DNA of 64,000 nucleotides, taken from NCBI GenBank assembly GCA_047495785.1, contig JBLDXI010000013.1, forward strand, positions 2,046,001 through 2,110,000. The letters run 5' to 3'. Positions 47,922-61,949 of this stretch are shown piece after piece (positions within the stretch are counted from its first letter, which is position 1; each line of letters begins with the position of its first letter). Under the pieces are notes generated by a model. It was not told the DNA's origin and made no database searches. It was given only the letters and a program-made list of their open reading frames with translations. The stretch comes from Lepidodermella squamata. Its lineage: Eukaryota; Animalia; Gastrotricha. The translations under genes and the position numbers were made by a program.

Positions 47922-50050
47922 CTAAACAGGAGTAGATATCACTTGTTCTTCGTAGGCTTTGTTGTGTTTGCTCGGAACTGGTGATTCAGGGGCAGGTATC
48001 TTCTTCGCCGTAGCGGCATCTTCGTTGATGTACAAACTGCCAAACAGGAAGAGGCCACCGCTAATAGCGATGACAAAAGTCGAAACAAAAAGACTGGTCT
48101 GCATTGAAAAGAAATCAGCCACGTGGTGATGGAAAATCAACACTTCGCGCTTGACATGTCCCTGCCGAAGCTTATCAGAAATCTGAGGGGGAAAATGTCT
48201 TTTTACTAATTTTTTCCCAGAAAAATTGCTTACAAATCCGCTGAGATATGGAGATGCCGCATCGCCTAGCAGGTGGGAAATTGTTGTCTGGAATGACTCG
48301 GCTGTAGCTCGGCGAGTTGGCCAAACAACGTTCAATGTGATTTCTGACAATAGGACTAAGCAGCATGAAAGAGCTGCGATTCCAAAGAAAATTAAAATCC
48401 ACGCGCCAATCATACTGTCCTATAATTGATAAAACTGATTCATAGAAAATTTTAAAAATTTCACAAAAAATTACCTTCATAATTAGGAGTCCGAAATATA
48501 TGACCGGTGCAGCAAAGAGCATGCTTGCTCCACATACGATCCCGTCAGCGGCCAGACCAACATAGGGCTTGAGCAACATGTTTGAGATTATCACGCCCAT
48601 GCCGACGCCAAAAACACCCGAAGCAATCGTTATGAGGCCGAAAATGAAACCAACTTCAGTTTCACTAAATTAAAAAAAAAATTGAAATTTCCAAGGTTTT
48701 TTTTAAGCCGTTTTTCAAAGGACATGGAAATTTCGAAAAATCATGGCCTTTCAGCTTTTGTGGTTTAATTTTCAGGGTTTGACGGTAGAAATATGGGGTT
48801 GATTAAACGATATTTCCCGTCTCATCAGTTTTAAGAAATTCAATCATCTTGGAATTGAAAAAATCGGCATCTCACCATCTTTATCGGAATTCGAAAATCG
48901 ACCCAAATTTCGGAGGAAAATCTTAATTCTCACAAGGCCATTGAATATGCAAATGAGCGTTAAACATTTAGCAGCAATTTTCTCAAATCCGCCAATTACG
49001 CTTTAAATTGCCAAAAATCAGGTAAATCAGGAAAAATTCCCAAAATTTGCGGTAAAATCAGGAACCACCTTTAATTCAAATATTAGGGGTTTTCGAGCTC
49101 AAGCTTTAAAAGATGTTTAACCTTTAAAAGCATGATTTTGTCCAAAGCTACCCACTCGTTATGATAAAATGCTGAACTTACGATCTTTGATCAATTTCGC
49201 CTTTCATCGTCAGCATTCTCAGGATAAGATCCGGCGTCCAATAGCACAACGCTCCAGTTGAAAAAGCCACGCCAACAAACGCCAGTGTTGTGTAGACGAA
49301 CGACGGAATTTTAACGAGGTAGCTCACATCTTCCTTAAAACTAGTCACCTTGTGAACACCCACCGCATTCTCGGCTTGACCGCGCTCAGGCTCTTCGACG
49401 AAGATCAGCAGGCAAAGTGCGCTTAATAGCATTGGCAGAGGCGTTAGGCGGAACGACCAACGCCAGTCGTCGAGAAAATTAGCCACAGACCCGGCGGAAA
49501 TGTAGCCAACACCGCAGCCGAGAGGTATGGCGAATTGGTAGACGGTTAGGACTAATGTTCGTTTCTTGCCGACAAACAGATCGCCGATTATTGACGGGCA
49601 AATGTTGGTATAGCTCGCCTCGGCTATTCCAAGCAACGATCGAGTGATGAGCAATAGCAGGAAAGATGATTCAGGTACGAAACTGCTCAACACGCCGCTG
49701 ATAGTTGAGAAAATCAAACTGCCAGCGATGAGGTAGCGTCGTTGGAAACGGTCGCCAAGGTAGCCGAAAATCGGCGAGGCGGCGACGTAGGTCAATTCGA
49801 AGCACGTCTGAACCAAGCCTAGATGAGTATCGTCCACGTCGAAGGCTGATTTAAGGCGGCCGACGATTGGCGGGGTCGAGTATCGGTTCATGAAATTGAG
49901 AAAATTCATGAAGCAGAACAGGAAAACGGTGAGTATCTCCTGACATCGGCTCAGGCTGGCTTCTGGCTTCTCCAATATTTCATCGGTGGTCTTGTCGAGA
50001 AAAGGCTCTTCAATGGCTTTTTCTGTATCATTTTCGTTTGGTTTACGCAT
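47922..50050 (-). CDS. Spinster-like MFS transporter (SPNS family)
   Basis: NFLNFMNRY, SPIFGYLGDRFQRRYL, RSLLGIAEASY..ICPSIIGDLF, EPERGQAE, VVWPTRRATAESFQTTISHLLGDAASPYLSG; spliced (donor ~49181, exon ~48665-48475, further short introns). Confidence 0.9.
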
Positions 50051-50274
50051 TTAATACCTAGATTAATAGAACGTGTCACATATTATCGTAATAATATAGC
50101 TACAAAAAGAACGCTCGCTTGATAAGAACCATACAACTTTATTGACTGTAGTAAGGACTTATCTATACACCCAAGCTATGGTCATGTTTATTTAGCATGG
50201 CATGATAAAAACCGAAATTTTGCGAGTTTGAAAATTGCGAGAAAGTGTTGTGTAACAAAACATTGTGTTATGAC

Positions 50275-51482
50275 TCACTTCTCCTTTGAACTTTCAACCT
50301 TTTCGAGACTTAGGCAACGAACATTCAGAAAATCCGCCAGCTGCCTAGTTATAGCAGTCGCGTATTTTACAAAATCGTAACCAGCGAAAATTATGGCAAT
50401 TAAAATCGCAGCTTTTTTCGAGACTAAAATGCCATCCGGCATAAGACTATCGTTAGCCAATAGTAATAGGATATAGGAAAAATATGAGCTGTCAAATAGG
50501 ACCATTGGCGTTTTTGACATGTTAGCTATTAGAAGCCGGCACGAAATTTTGGCGACCACGATGCAGTAGACGATTAAAAAGCCGATCGGGCAGGTCTCGA
50601 ATAGATCGCCGGTTAGGAATCGAGCCAAGGTTGCTAGTGACATGTTGAGTATTAACGTCTTCATAGGGGCGACAATGCTTCGCCGCATTTCAGGGCTCGC
50701 GTCACGTGACCGGTTGAATATGCCGATTCGCACAGCTTCGAGCAATACATCGCCGAGGTAGAAAATTGCGACGAAAAACGCGAGGCAGGTGAAGAAAAAT
50801 TTCAAATTCAACGGCCCGTATAGCACGACGTCGTCCATGATTGTCGGTCTAATGCCAGTGGCGATTAGGACGCTGATGACTATCCACTGGACCTCGCTGA
50901 TGTCGATATCGCTGAAGACGTACTTGCCGGTCCAGTGGGCCCGCCAGAAGAAGCCGTAGTCTTGGATGATGCAAAGGCCGTAGATGAAGAGTAGATTCAA
51001 ATTTGACCCCATTCGAAGGGACATGCAGACGGATAGGGTCATGCAAGCGTCGGATATTGTATCGCAGCCGTGGTCGAAGAACTCGCCCAGGCAGTTTGAG
51101 CTCTGGGTTCGTCTGGCTTGACGCCCATCGAGGTTGTCGAGGGTTTGGAAGATGAACATGCCGAGGGCCATGGCAAAGTAAGGCCAAGATGGGACATCGG
51201 TGCTGTTAGCGCCTGGGTTGTAGTAGAACAGAAAACAGAACGGGATGACCATACAAATGACCCCGGTCATAGTCATCGAATTCGGAGCCTGAGAAATGGA
51301 AGAAAAAATCATTGAAAATAAGGCTGATATTTCCAATAATTTACCCAGCATTTTGGAATAAATTGAATTATGTAGTCCCAAAAATGACGTAGGACATGCT
51401 CTTCCAGTAAGCTTCGACCTTCAACCTTGTAATGGTGCGACTTCAAATTCTCAAACTGCTTCGTAGTAAGAAATTCAGGCAT
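50275..51482 (-). CDS. Choline/ethanolamine phosphotransferase (CEPT1/CHPT1-like CDP-alcohol phosphotransferase)
   Basis: True start 51482 MPEFLTTKQFENLKSHHYKVEGRSLLE..FW..IPKCW|APNSMT after a short intron; motif LDNLDGRQARRTQSSNCLGEFFDHGCD; multiple TM segments. Confidence 0.9.
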
Positions 51483-53134
51483 ATTTCCTTGTGTTGAAAT
51501 AAAAGTAGTGCGAGTTGTAGTGATAAATGAATGAATGAATGAGAGCCCCGATTTTTTGTCTGCTGTGGCACGCGATTGCGATTTATCGATGCGCCATAGT
51601 TCTCAAATGAGTGGGTAACAAAGATTGCGGATTATTGTGGCTCGTTGAGGTCAGTATAGTAATATGAAAAACCGGTTCAGCAGTGCACCGAGTTTTTATC
51701 AAGTCCGAGAATTGGCTGTCTGCAGATTAGATAAACATATACACTAAAAATATACCTCATTCCATAATGGGTTGAGATTGAAATGGTACATGAATTTACG
51801 ATTCCAACTTCATGTCAAAGGACACGTAACATAATATTGTTTTATTCGGTACGGATTTCCGTGAAGCTCCAAGCGAATTTACCATATTAATATAGGGTCA
51901 TTATATTTTAAACGTCCTGCTACAGGAAGAAAGAGCTGTTTTCACATCTCATATTTATCAACTTTTCCGTTATTCAAACAAAGATTTATCCAATTTTATC
52001 TGTCAAGTCATTTCAAATTGGTTCTCGCACCATCGTCCACTCCCGATATACCAGTTATACCAGCCAACAACATTTTGCCCACGTTGCCGCCAAGGCTTGG
52101 TTGCCCTCGCCAGCTCTCTGCCTCTAATCACAATAATAATGAAATAAATTTAAATTTAAATAAAAGCTGCGTTAAAATAGATACGATTTTCAGCAAAAAT
52201 ACCGGTCAAATGATCAGTGACTTGTGAGCAGTGGCATTTCAGCCTCGGCATTTCAGCTTCCGCATTTCAGCAATTTTTTAGAAGTTCGAAGAATTTCAGC
52301 AATTTTTCGGCGGGGCATCGATTTTTACCTGCTTAGATCGAACGTCGAAAACTTCAAGCATTCCTCTGATGATGTTAGTGTACCGTTTGATCTTTCAGCA
52401 TTTAGAGAGCAAGCGCTTTAAGGACGAGATTTGCTCGCCTCGCCGATAATATTGCCGCAGTATTGAAAATGGGCAATAAGGTTTCAAAATACGAGAATAT
52501 AATACGTTAGCCATCTCTTCGAGACACGGGCGATTCAAACTCTAGCAAATCGTAGTCGCATAGTTTGAGGTCGAAGGTAAAACCAAGTAGCCGGGTGACT
52601 TGGTTTCTCCGATTTGGTTGCTATCGATGCTGGTGATTTCGATTTTTTCGATCTGATTGCTGAGTTATCGCACCATCTATTTTGAAATCACTGAAATATC
52701 ATTACCAAAATTAACACACCCCTATGCAATACTTGGCACTAATACTGTATGCTTAATTTATTGTACCTTTCTTATATTTTTAATTTTAGAAAATAATTAC
52801 TATGGCAATATGGCGTAGTTTTCTCGCAGACGATGCGGAAAAGATTGTCGAAACGACGGAAAAGCTGCGTGTATTCGGGATTCCAGTCAGTTGGTTTAGG
52901 CGGATTATGGCACATTCGAAAAGCCTGGCGGCTAAGGGAAAAATCTCATCGATGGCTTCAACTTTGCAATCGAGATGCTGTTTTGGCTAAAATGATGGAT
53001 AAAAATGATATCGAGAATGATATTTCGCAAACAGACCGCGTCGCTAACAAAGCCATGCTGGACTGCCAGCTGGACGATCTCGTGTTTGCGACAATTTGCC
53101 GGTACGAGCACACTTTTCTGGGTGAGCCAAGCTG

Positions 53135-54150
53135 TTAGGTCAGCCGCGGAATATGCACCAGCATGCTGTTGACGCCGCTGTTGACGTCCGCTGTGAACAA
53201 TTCGCTCAACTTCATATCGTTAAAAAGTTGCTTCACCACTACTGCTAAATTGCTATGGGTGACATGGGAAACTTTATATTTTCCCTCTTCTTTGGTGACC
53301 TCGATACCGGAACAAGTTGATTTCATTTTCGAAATCAATGTATCAAGTTGGGGACCTAAGTGGCATCGATCCATCGAATTCAACAGCTGATAAATTAACG
53401 TTTAAAATATTGCGGCCTCAGTTATCATTTTCAAGATTTACGTTTTTCAACAAGCTGCCGCTGAGTCGAGCAATCATATGGAGCAGGCATGGGAGAAAAC
53501 TGATGGCCTTCAGCGATTTGAACAGCGGAAAACCTGTGTGGCCAAGGTTTCTGAGCTCCTCCGTGAGCTCTGTGAACCCATATTCCCGTTTTACGAATGG
53601 AAATTAGTAGTATTCATCCGGTGTTTGGGTCGGGTTAGGAGGTTGCAGAAAGTAACAGATAAAACAAGGGTATTTGGAGCTTGGACAACCAGCATTAACG
53701 ATCTAGAAATATCACAGAAAACTCGGAAGCGATTAAATATTGTTTGAACGAAATTACTTTGCACATGGCCGACCAATCGCAACGAACTACCAGCTGCATG
53801 GGAATAGATTTTTCTTGAGATACATTCCGCTTGTAGCCGTCCACGATGAGACGGTCGAAAGCAGTGAACACTTGGTGGAAATATTTTTCGAAATTCGCGA
53901 TAAGCCGCGCTATTACGATATCGCCTTTCATTTCTACTTTGGCCTTGTTAGCTGCCAAGCAATATGAAAACGCGGTGCTCGCCGATCCATACACGCGAGA
54001 TGGCGTGCCGTCGATGGAAATGCGTATTGTAACGGCTGAATCTTCATACGAGAAATGACCTTTGTCGAATAAGGTGTTCAAAGTTTCCAAAACGTCAAAA
54101 TGGGCGTCGTAGATGGTTTTATCGATCGCAAATAAGGCGCGAATTTGCAT
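53135..54150 (-). pseudogene. Intron-containing RAG1/Transib-like DDE transposase relic
   Basis: Spliced translation IRISIDGT...VVRCDWSAMCK|IVNAGCPSSKYPCFIC...GHTGFPLF...LPCLLHMIARL; 55-bp introns 53703-53757 and 53387-53441; in-frame TAA at 53604-53606. Confidence 0.55.
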
Positions 54151-57100
54151 GAAGTTTGTTCAAGAGCGACCCAGTATTGCTTCAGTGCTGGTCATCAAGA
54201 AGACCGGTGGCAGATTGGTTTTTAGAACGATTGAACATCCAAAGTATCCCCCTCCACTCCAAGAGTAAAAAGCTGAATAACTTCTTTACCTGAAATAAGT
54301 GAATAATTATAGCATATCAGTTTCAATAGCGGGAAGGTCGCAGAACAACTAACAATTAACATACTTCACGAGTTTATGAGCTCGCCGAAATTGAGGTAGA
54401 ATCTGATTTTTTCGTCACCATTGAATGCAGAATAACAGCTCAGAGATTAGGCAACGCAATCGTGTTTATACTCGAAAGCGCCGATTTTCTAACACTGGCA
54501 ACCAAATTATTCAGACCAGATCAGCATTTACATCACTAGGATGTGAAAGTCGAGTTTCGCCGATGACCGTTTATTGCAGGCAACCTTCTATCATAGTCCA
54601 TAACGTATTCCAACTTTAAACAGACGTCTATAAACATCCAAAAACAACGTTATAAGCATATGATCATATAAGATTGAATCATCACAGGCTGACGCGAACC
54701 AAGTAAAGCACAAAGCTCCTTCCTGGCATGCGACATGAGGCACACTGCGATTGTTATTTGCCCAACAGCTAACAGGCTTCGCAGACCAGGTCTAATACTC
54801 AATACATCATTCTACTAGAATCAATAAATCATGTCGTAGACACGTACTCATGGAGAACGTGATTAAGAAAAAAACTATCATTCAACACTTGAATGGAAAA
54901 TGTGAAGCGAAACTTTAAATGTAGTGAGACGACAATGCGATAAAATTATTCGTTAATCTTGAATAGCGAAGCATCAACATAATAATGGAAGATCGAAGGC
55001 AATAAATAATCGAAGTTGGTGGTCGGTGATCACAAAGAGGCTACCACCAGCAACCATTCTCCAATAATTTTACATGGGAGATGAATCGAAATGAAATATG
55101 ACGATTCTTATATGCTGAAAAAATACCTTACATTAAAGTGATAACCTGATACTAACAAGTAGTAGGTAGAGAATGCGAGCATTTAGCGTTTAGCTAACAA
55201 GAATCGCACCTGGTGAAACAGCGACTTGCAATAAGATCTCAAACAGCAATACATCATAACCCATAGCTATAACTTTGAGCAATATACAGTTGCTAGTGAT
55301 GTGGCGGATGTGATGAATGGAATAAGATTAAATAACGACTAAGAGACATCGGAGAACATAACCACACACGCCGAGATCCAGTACTGCGAAACTTCGAAAC
55401 TTCGACGTGAAAAAACCGCACTACTCGTCTGTGCGCAGGTCTATGGAGTCAATGAAAAACTTTGATAATTTATTTCTCCCTTATTCTCACTACAAACCCT
55501 ATGCCAGAAAACAATTTTTATTTAATTTTTTATTATGAATATTTTGGCGCAATTTAATTTTTGGCATTTGTAAAGATCTAAAAATACTGTTAATAAAAAC
55601 ACTAAAACACTGTTTTCAAAATGCAGCCATATTGGACAGCCCCTAACTACAGAGAATTCAATCGACCTTGACCGTTATTAAACTTCAATATTTTAGTGAG
55701 AATAGCACTGAACTGCGTTGAGAGCATCAATTCGCTAACGGGGGTTCAAATCCCTCAACAAGCCATTCATTTTTATTTTTAAATCTGCCCACAAATTTTA
55801 TCTCGCTTTAATGCGAACTTTGACCCTAATCTAAATATTCACACTGAGCTGTCCGAAATTACCCCAGTTGTGTCCGAAATTTGCCGAGTCAGTTTTCCGT
55901 GAATACCTGTGCAGGTATAATTTGCAGAAGGTATATTTCTACCGTGATTAACACTACGATATGCAGTTTTTCAAGGTAAAAAAATTCGTTCATCTCACAA
56001 AATTAAGCCTGAAAAACAGGTTTTTATCCGAAATAAGACAACGTTACAGTATTCTCTCGTATTTTTTTCTGAATAAATCAGCGCAAATAATTCGGTTCTA
56101 ATATTTCTAGAAAGTTTTACGCATTCTGCTAGAAACATCAATTTAGCTAAGTAAATTCAGCACCCAGTAGGTCATGGTTTATACCGTTACAAAGGTCCTC
56201 TTATGTAGAATTCGGGTATGTAAAATTAAATGCAATTCTAAATAAAGGTAAGGTGTGATACGGTACCAACGGGACGAGACTCCGATTCTTCCCAACGTAA
56301 TGGGCGCATGCGTAAAAAAGTTCTTATAAAACGTCATTTTGCGATTTTTTTCTCGCGACTTTTGAACGATCACGATTCTTCGGACGGTTTTTTGCGTCCA
56401 GCAGGATTTTAATGGAGAGATGCTAGCAGTGTCGAGTCCATACAGTATATTAGTCCCAAGATGCAATATTCTCAAGCTACGCAGCGACTTCTCACAACCG
56501 GGCAACAAACGCGGACGCTGTCGTTTATGAAACATAAATTTGAGAAAAACTAATTTCATCCGACAACCAGAAATGTGACTTGAAATAACCGACATTAAAT
56601 TTGCCTAAATTCAAACGTTGTCGATCATCTCAGCCCAATCGCCAAGCCCAGGAACCTCAAAAATTGAGTTCGCTTTATTCGATCCGTGGCTCTCTAGTTG
56701 ATTCCAGAACCAGGCAGTTTGCAGAATCGGGCCTTCAAAATAACGTCTTTTGACCCATAAATTTAGGCCTTTGTAGCCAGGTTCAGAAACGATCGGACAG
56801 CGCGCTGTCTCGCAGCACGCGCCGTTACAGATGTTCACAAAGCGTGTATAGCGTTCACCGCGACATCAGCATGGTTATTTAACGAAGCGTCATTGGGGGT
56901 AAAAAGGACATTTTTTTGAACTAACCTAAATCAGACTTTTTCAACAACGAAAGCAATAAGCCACGCCTCTCTAGATCAAAAATATCTTGTGTACCCTAGC
57001 GCCGGGGCTAAAAATATGTTCAGGCATCTGCGGGACGGTTTCACAATAGTTATTATGAAAAATAATGGGTTTTTTTCTGCCAAGTACTGTAGCTACACCC

Positions 57101-57572
57101 GAACGTAAGACGTGTTATCGTTATTATTACACCCCGCTCTTTGAGTTGATATATTTATTACATTGTTAAACAGCTAGTAGACCTTTTTCACCTGACAGAG
57201 GCATGCGCGACTAATTATAACAGAAGCCAACCTTAAGTTCATGTTGTCAAGTGAAAAAGGGTCTCTATTGATAATTTACTCCAGTTGAATCGAAAGTTTC
57301 CAGATTGCTATAAATCGATTGAATCATCAGCCTATCTTTCGAAATTTTAGCATTTGGTCCCTATTTTGCAGGCAACAATAGAAAGCACTTGCCTATTCAG
57401 TAAAATTGAGCGTGTGAATAAGCCTCATGAATAAGCACTAAGCAAAAAAACTATTACGGCTTTTATGCACCCAAACTCCAAGACAGTACTAGTTATACGA
57501 AATTGTACCTATTTGTCCGCCTTGAGCGTTTCCATATTTGAATTGATCCTATAACGCTCGAGACATTTGGCC

Positions 57573-57580
57573 TATAAATA
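57573..57580 (+). promoter_or_regulatory. TATA box upstream of paralog 8
   Basis: TATAAATA ~55 bp before ATG 57631. Confidence 0.5.
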
Positions 57581-57630
57581 TAGCACCATGAAACACTTAA
57601 ATATAATCAATAGAATAACCCAACTTAAAC

Positions 57631-59580
57631 ATGTTGCATCTGAATATTATTGCGGTGACATTTGTCGCTGCTCTTTCAACTGTCGAAGGCCACCCTTTTT
57701 TCCGCAGCTCAATTCCTAATGGCATGAATGTGCCTCATAGCTGTAACACCTCTTTGAACTGGGACGGAGTTGGGCATGAAAGCTCTGCTGGTGCCGGGCC
57801 GTTCAACCCATTCGGCCGTGCGTTCCAAGCCGCTGGATTAAGGTGGACTAAGGAATTATGCCTGCAAGACAGTGACGGAGATGGCAAAAGAAACGGCGAA
57901 GAACTTGGCGATCCTGACTGCGTCTGGGCCCAAGGCGCTCGACCAGCGATAACCGACCGAAAACTACTCAGCCATCCCGGGGTTTGCGAACCGATCAGCT
58001 CCGCCAGCTGCCAAGAAAAGAACGCTTTCCTAAAAAATCTCGACGAGTGTTCAGGCACCTCGAATAAAACCGACTGGTGCCCTGAAATCAACGCGCCAGG
58101 TGTTCAAAAATTAGTCATGCGATACAGCCCGACTGTCATTCCTAACGATGATGATACCTTATTCCTGTGCCAAACTTACGACTTGCCTTCAGATCAGGAC
58201 TACCAAATCATCGCATGGGAACCTATCATTTCAAACGTAGCAATCATGCATCATTTAGTTGGTTTCGTCTGCGACAAGCCTTCGGAGAAAAAGAACTTGG
58301 AGTCGATGGATGGACTCTACGCGAAACCGACTTCCTGCCCGATGACTCTACCCTGCACGAGCTTCTCATTGCCATGGGCCTTCGGGGTCCCGCCTCGTTG
58401 CTACAGTGAAGACACCGGCCTTCCATTCGGCAAAAATTACTACAACAAGTTGATTCTACAGATCCATTACAATAACCCAGAGAAAAAGGCCGGTTATGTC
58501 GATTCATCCGGAATCGCGATTTACTACATCAAAAAGTCCCGGCCGGCCGATCTCGGCACTCTACTTGTTGGTCAAATGGATATTAAAATCCCGCCGAGAA
58601 CAGCTTCCCAATCAGCAATCGGGGTCGGAATGAAGGACCAATGCAGTCGTGATACATTACCCGGCCAAGCCCCTTACAACATGACTTCAATGTTGATCCA
58701 CATGCATAAAACCGGCGTTTATGCTAAGGTCATCCTTACTAAAGCTTCAACAGGCCGCAGAATCAGTATGATCGATCGAGCTATCGAATACGACCGGCCG
58801 GCTATGTTAACCTGGAAGGGGAAAGACGTCATCGAAATCGAACCTGGCGACAGTTTATCGATGGAATGCCGCTTTTCAACGACCGATAGAGCTAACTGGA
58901 CGTTTTACGGCGAGAGAACGCCTGATGAGATGTGTTTCGCGGTTATTGAGCTGTATCCGCAACCAGCTGGTCGAATGTGCGCTGTTTCGATAGACATGGG
59001 TGAACACGATATGTGTAGTGTTGGCAAGAAGCTATCGGCTCCGACTTTCAACAACTGCCCTGTAGCGAAGTTACGAGGCGTTTTGGCTAATATGACTAAG
59101 AATGAGACTGGATCTTTGCAAAAGAACTGCACCTGCCCTGGGTTGTACCCGGTACCAGCTTGCTCAAGCAGTTGTTATTCGTAAGTCCGAAATTATTTAA
59201 ATTTTCAATGAATTTTATAGATTCTTTAATTCAGATACCTTGAGAGAAACAAGTTCCTTGAATTACCTGCTAGCTGTTTCGATGATTATTTGCTGTGGAA
59301 TTCTTTCGTCGATCACTACCTTACCGATATAACAGCTTATGCTCGAAATACAATTCAATCCCAACTCGGTAAATGCTTCGAACAGAAAGCTAAAGTTGGC
59401 GGTCCACCGGTAGCTGGTTCGAGCTGTGCTGGCGAGTCGAGGACTAGCAACAGCTTGTCGAATGATTACACGCCTATGCCGGCGAGTTCTGTATCGACTC
59501 CCGTTATGCAGCTAAAAGGAACGGCTCTTTCGCTGTTGTCGCGGCCTCTTGCTATGGCTTCTTTCGTTTTCTTGCTATGA
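57631..59580 (+). CDS. Temptin-domain copper type II monooxygenase, paralog 8 (single intron)
   Basis: Signal MLHLNIIAVTFVAALSTVEG; temptin motifs; MHHLV, QIHYNNP, IHMHK, DEMC in one exon; single intron 59181-59234; hydrophobic tail. Confidence 0.92.
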
Positions 59581-60184
59581 GCGCCGCAAAACATTTGTGA
59601 TTTTTCGAAGTGTTTTTACTCTTTAAGTAAGAAATAAATTGGTTGCAATACCGAAATTTGTCCGTGTTTTCGCCTATTAAATTCAGGTTAAAAGATTCGC
59701 TAGTCCTAATATATCCTATATCAGTTTTGCTACCGTAAAGCAGGGCCAAAATATAGAGCAGAGCCCGAATATTAGAACACTCATTTAGGCTCTGAGAAAC
59801 AACACTTTCCTCAAAATGTAACAGAATATCTCTAAGCGGAACCAAAATTGACAATAGCGAAACCGAATTCCTAAACTTAGCACCAAACAGAAACCTATAA
59901 AACTGTCATTTAAAAATACCGATATCTTTTAGCGGAACCAAAGTCAAAATATGCAAAGGTCATTTTTTGAATAATTCTACGAATTTTAGGCGAAGCATTC
60001 TGAATAATTCTGAATTGAGCACTCTGCCTTATATAGAGAGTGTAGCGCTAAATTTACTGGTGATTTACTGGTGATTATTATTCAGGTCACTAGAAAATAC
60101 AAAATTTGGTTCCGATACAGCAAATTTGGTTCCGCTGAAGGGAGGACCCTTTAAAAACTGGAAATCTTGGAGAAACGTAATTTA

Positions 60185-60359
60185 CAGGGTGGCCAAAAAA
60201 TTCCACAGAAGGCGAATTCGATGAGGCAATTTAATGAGGAGTTTTAAGAAGTTGGAGAACTTCAAACATTCCTTTGCAAATAGAAGTCCTCAATTTCTTG
60301 AAACTCCTCGCATTAAAATGATGCGCATCGAATTTTTGGAAGAATTTTTGGCCACCCTG
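60185..60359. mobile_element. Small Tc1/mariner-type MITE (~175 bp)
   Basis: TA-CAGGGTGGCCAAAAA ... TTTTTGGCCACCCTG-TG terminal inverted repeats. Confidence 0.65.
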
Positions 60360-61099
60360 TGGTCGGATTTTTAAATCGACAGCGAAATTCTAGAAATTCC
60401 AGAAAATTAAAAAAAAACAGTTTTGAGCGAATTAAGTGTGTCGAATTTGGTTCCGCAAAAGGCAATTTCGGTTCCGCGATTACGAACAGCTCCAATAATT
60501 CTGGGACGCATTTCCAAAACGCAGAAAAAGAATGCTTGTTGGAACCAATTCTCGAGAACCCACACTATTACACAATGCCTTTCTTTCCCCGTGAAATATA
60601 AAGCAGGAGCTACTCGAATTGAGGTTCAAATTCACCGGCTTCGAATGCAATGAGGACGGGTAACCTCAGCGAATCACTTGAAGTGCGTTATAGGACAACT
60701 AGAGATCATGACCATTTTACAGGGGCTTCTCGATTCACATTGAAGTTAAACAATTTGTATTGCAGCATTTCCTAAGTTTCGTAATTCTATGAGCCACCTA
60801 TCGGTTGAATAAACTTGAGAAAAAAACACTCCAATGGTCAGGTAACGTTTTTCAGCAAGATGGACAGTTTTTGATACGATTTAATTTTTGCATCTATTAA
60901 GTTTCTTCAAAAGCTATAACAATAACAACAATCTGAAGCTGTTATTTGCTGGCGCGTATATGCATAATGCCGGCGAATAATCCGCATTAGCCGCCCTCGC
61001 GCGATGACAGCCTATAACAACGAAACTAACAGGTGTGAAAAACACCATCGTCTGTTACAATAATTGCAGTTCTGATATATTCGTCCTGCTTTGAAAAAA

Positions 61100-61664
61100 A
61101 TGGCAATTGCACTCAGGCTAATAGTAACTTTGCTGTTCACAGCATTGGTAGATGCCTATCCATCCTTCAGGCTGTTGATTCCGAATGGAAACCAAGTACC
61201 ACATCCATGTGCGAATACAACTAATTGGGATGGTATGACAATTACCGCTAAAATGTATTCCGCCTTAATTTCTCTTGATAGGTGTTGGCCATCAGAACCC
61301 AGCTGGCAGTGGAACGCTGAACCCGTTCGGCAAAGACTTTGTCAAAACCTTGCAATGGACGAAAGATTTGTGCCAGAAGGACAGTGATGGAGATGGCAAG
61401 ACGAACGGTCAGGAGCTCGGCGATCCGAACTGCGTGTTCATCGAGGGAGCTACGCCATCAGTCACAGATCGCAACAAACTGAGCCACCCGGGTGTTTGCG
61501 AACCGATCACATCAGCTGATTGCAAGTCGAAAAACTCGTTCTTGAACAACATCCAAGTTTGCCAGAACTACTTCAAAGTGTTGGCTGGAAATGCACCAAA
61601 CCTGCAATCTTCCCTTGTGAGCTTGATCACTATTGGAGTAGCTTATTTTGGTTTCTGTTCGTGA
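61100..61664 (+). CDS. Temptin-like protein without monooxygenase domain, with hydrophobic (GPI-like) tail
   Basis: ATG 61100 MAIALRLIVTLLFTALVDA-YPSFRLLIPNGNQVPHPC; intron 61233-61281; GVGH..LNPFGKDF..DSDGDGKTNGQELGDP..SHPGVCEP; ends ..SSLVSLITIGVAYFGFCS; AATAAA just after the stop. Confidence 0.88.
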
Positions 61665-61949
61665 AAATAAATAAGAATAAATCTTGGCCCGATATTTTGT
61701 CTAATTTGCTACCCTAATTTTTTGCGGTTTCGGGGTTTGTATTGTCCCAATCCTGGATTCGCCGTAGTCTACCGTTGCATAAATATTATCTCTTCTCAAA
61801 CAATAGGTTCTATTGTTTCGAACATCAAACGTTCAAAGGTTCTATAGAAAAACAGTTTTTTGTGACCTAATTATACGAGCCATTTATTTTCTAAGCTGCT
61901 GTTTTTGCGCTGAATGTTGCCAAATCTAACTAAGCACGACCTCTGGGCT

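Noticed and set aside
54400-57000. Short ORFs (54425, 56179, 56611) and A-rich sequence, possibly TE-derived
   Set aside because: No recognisable protein motifs, termini or TSDs could be established by eye.
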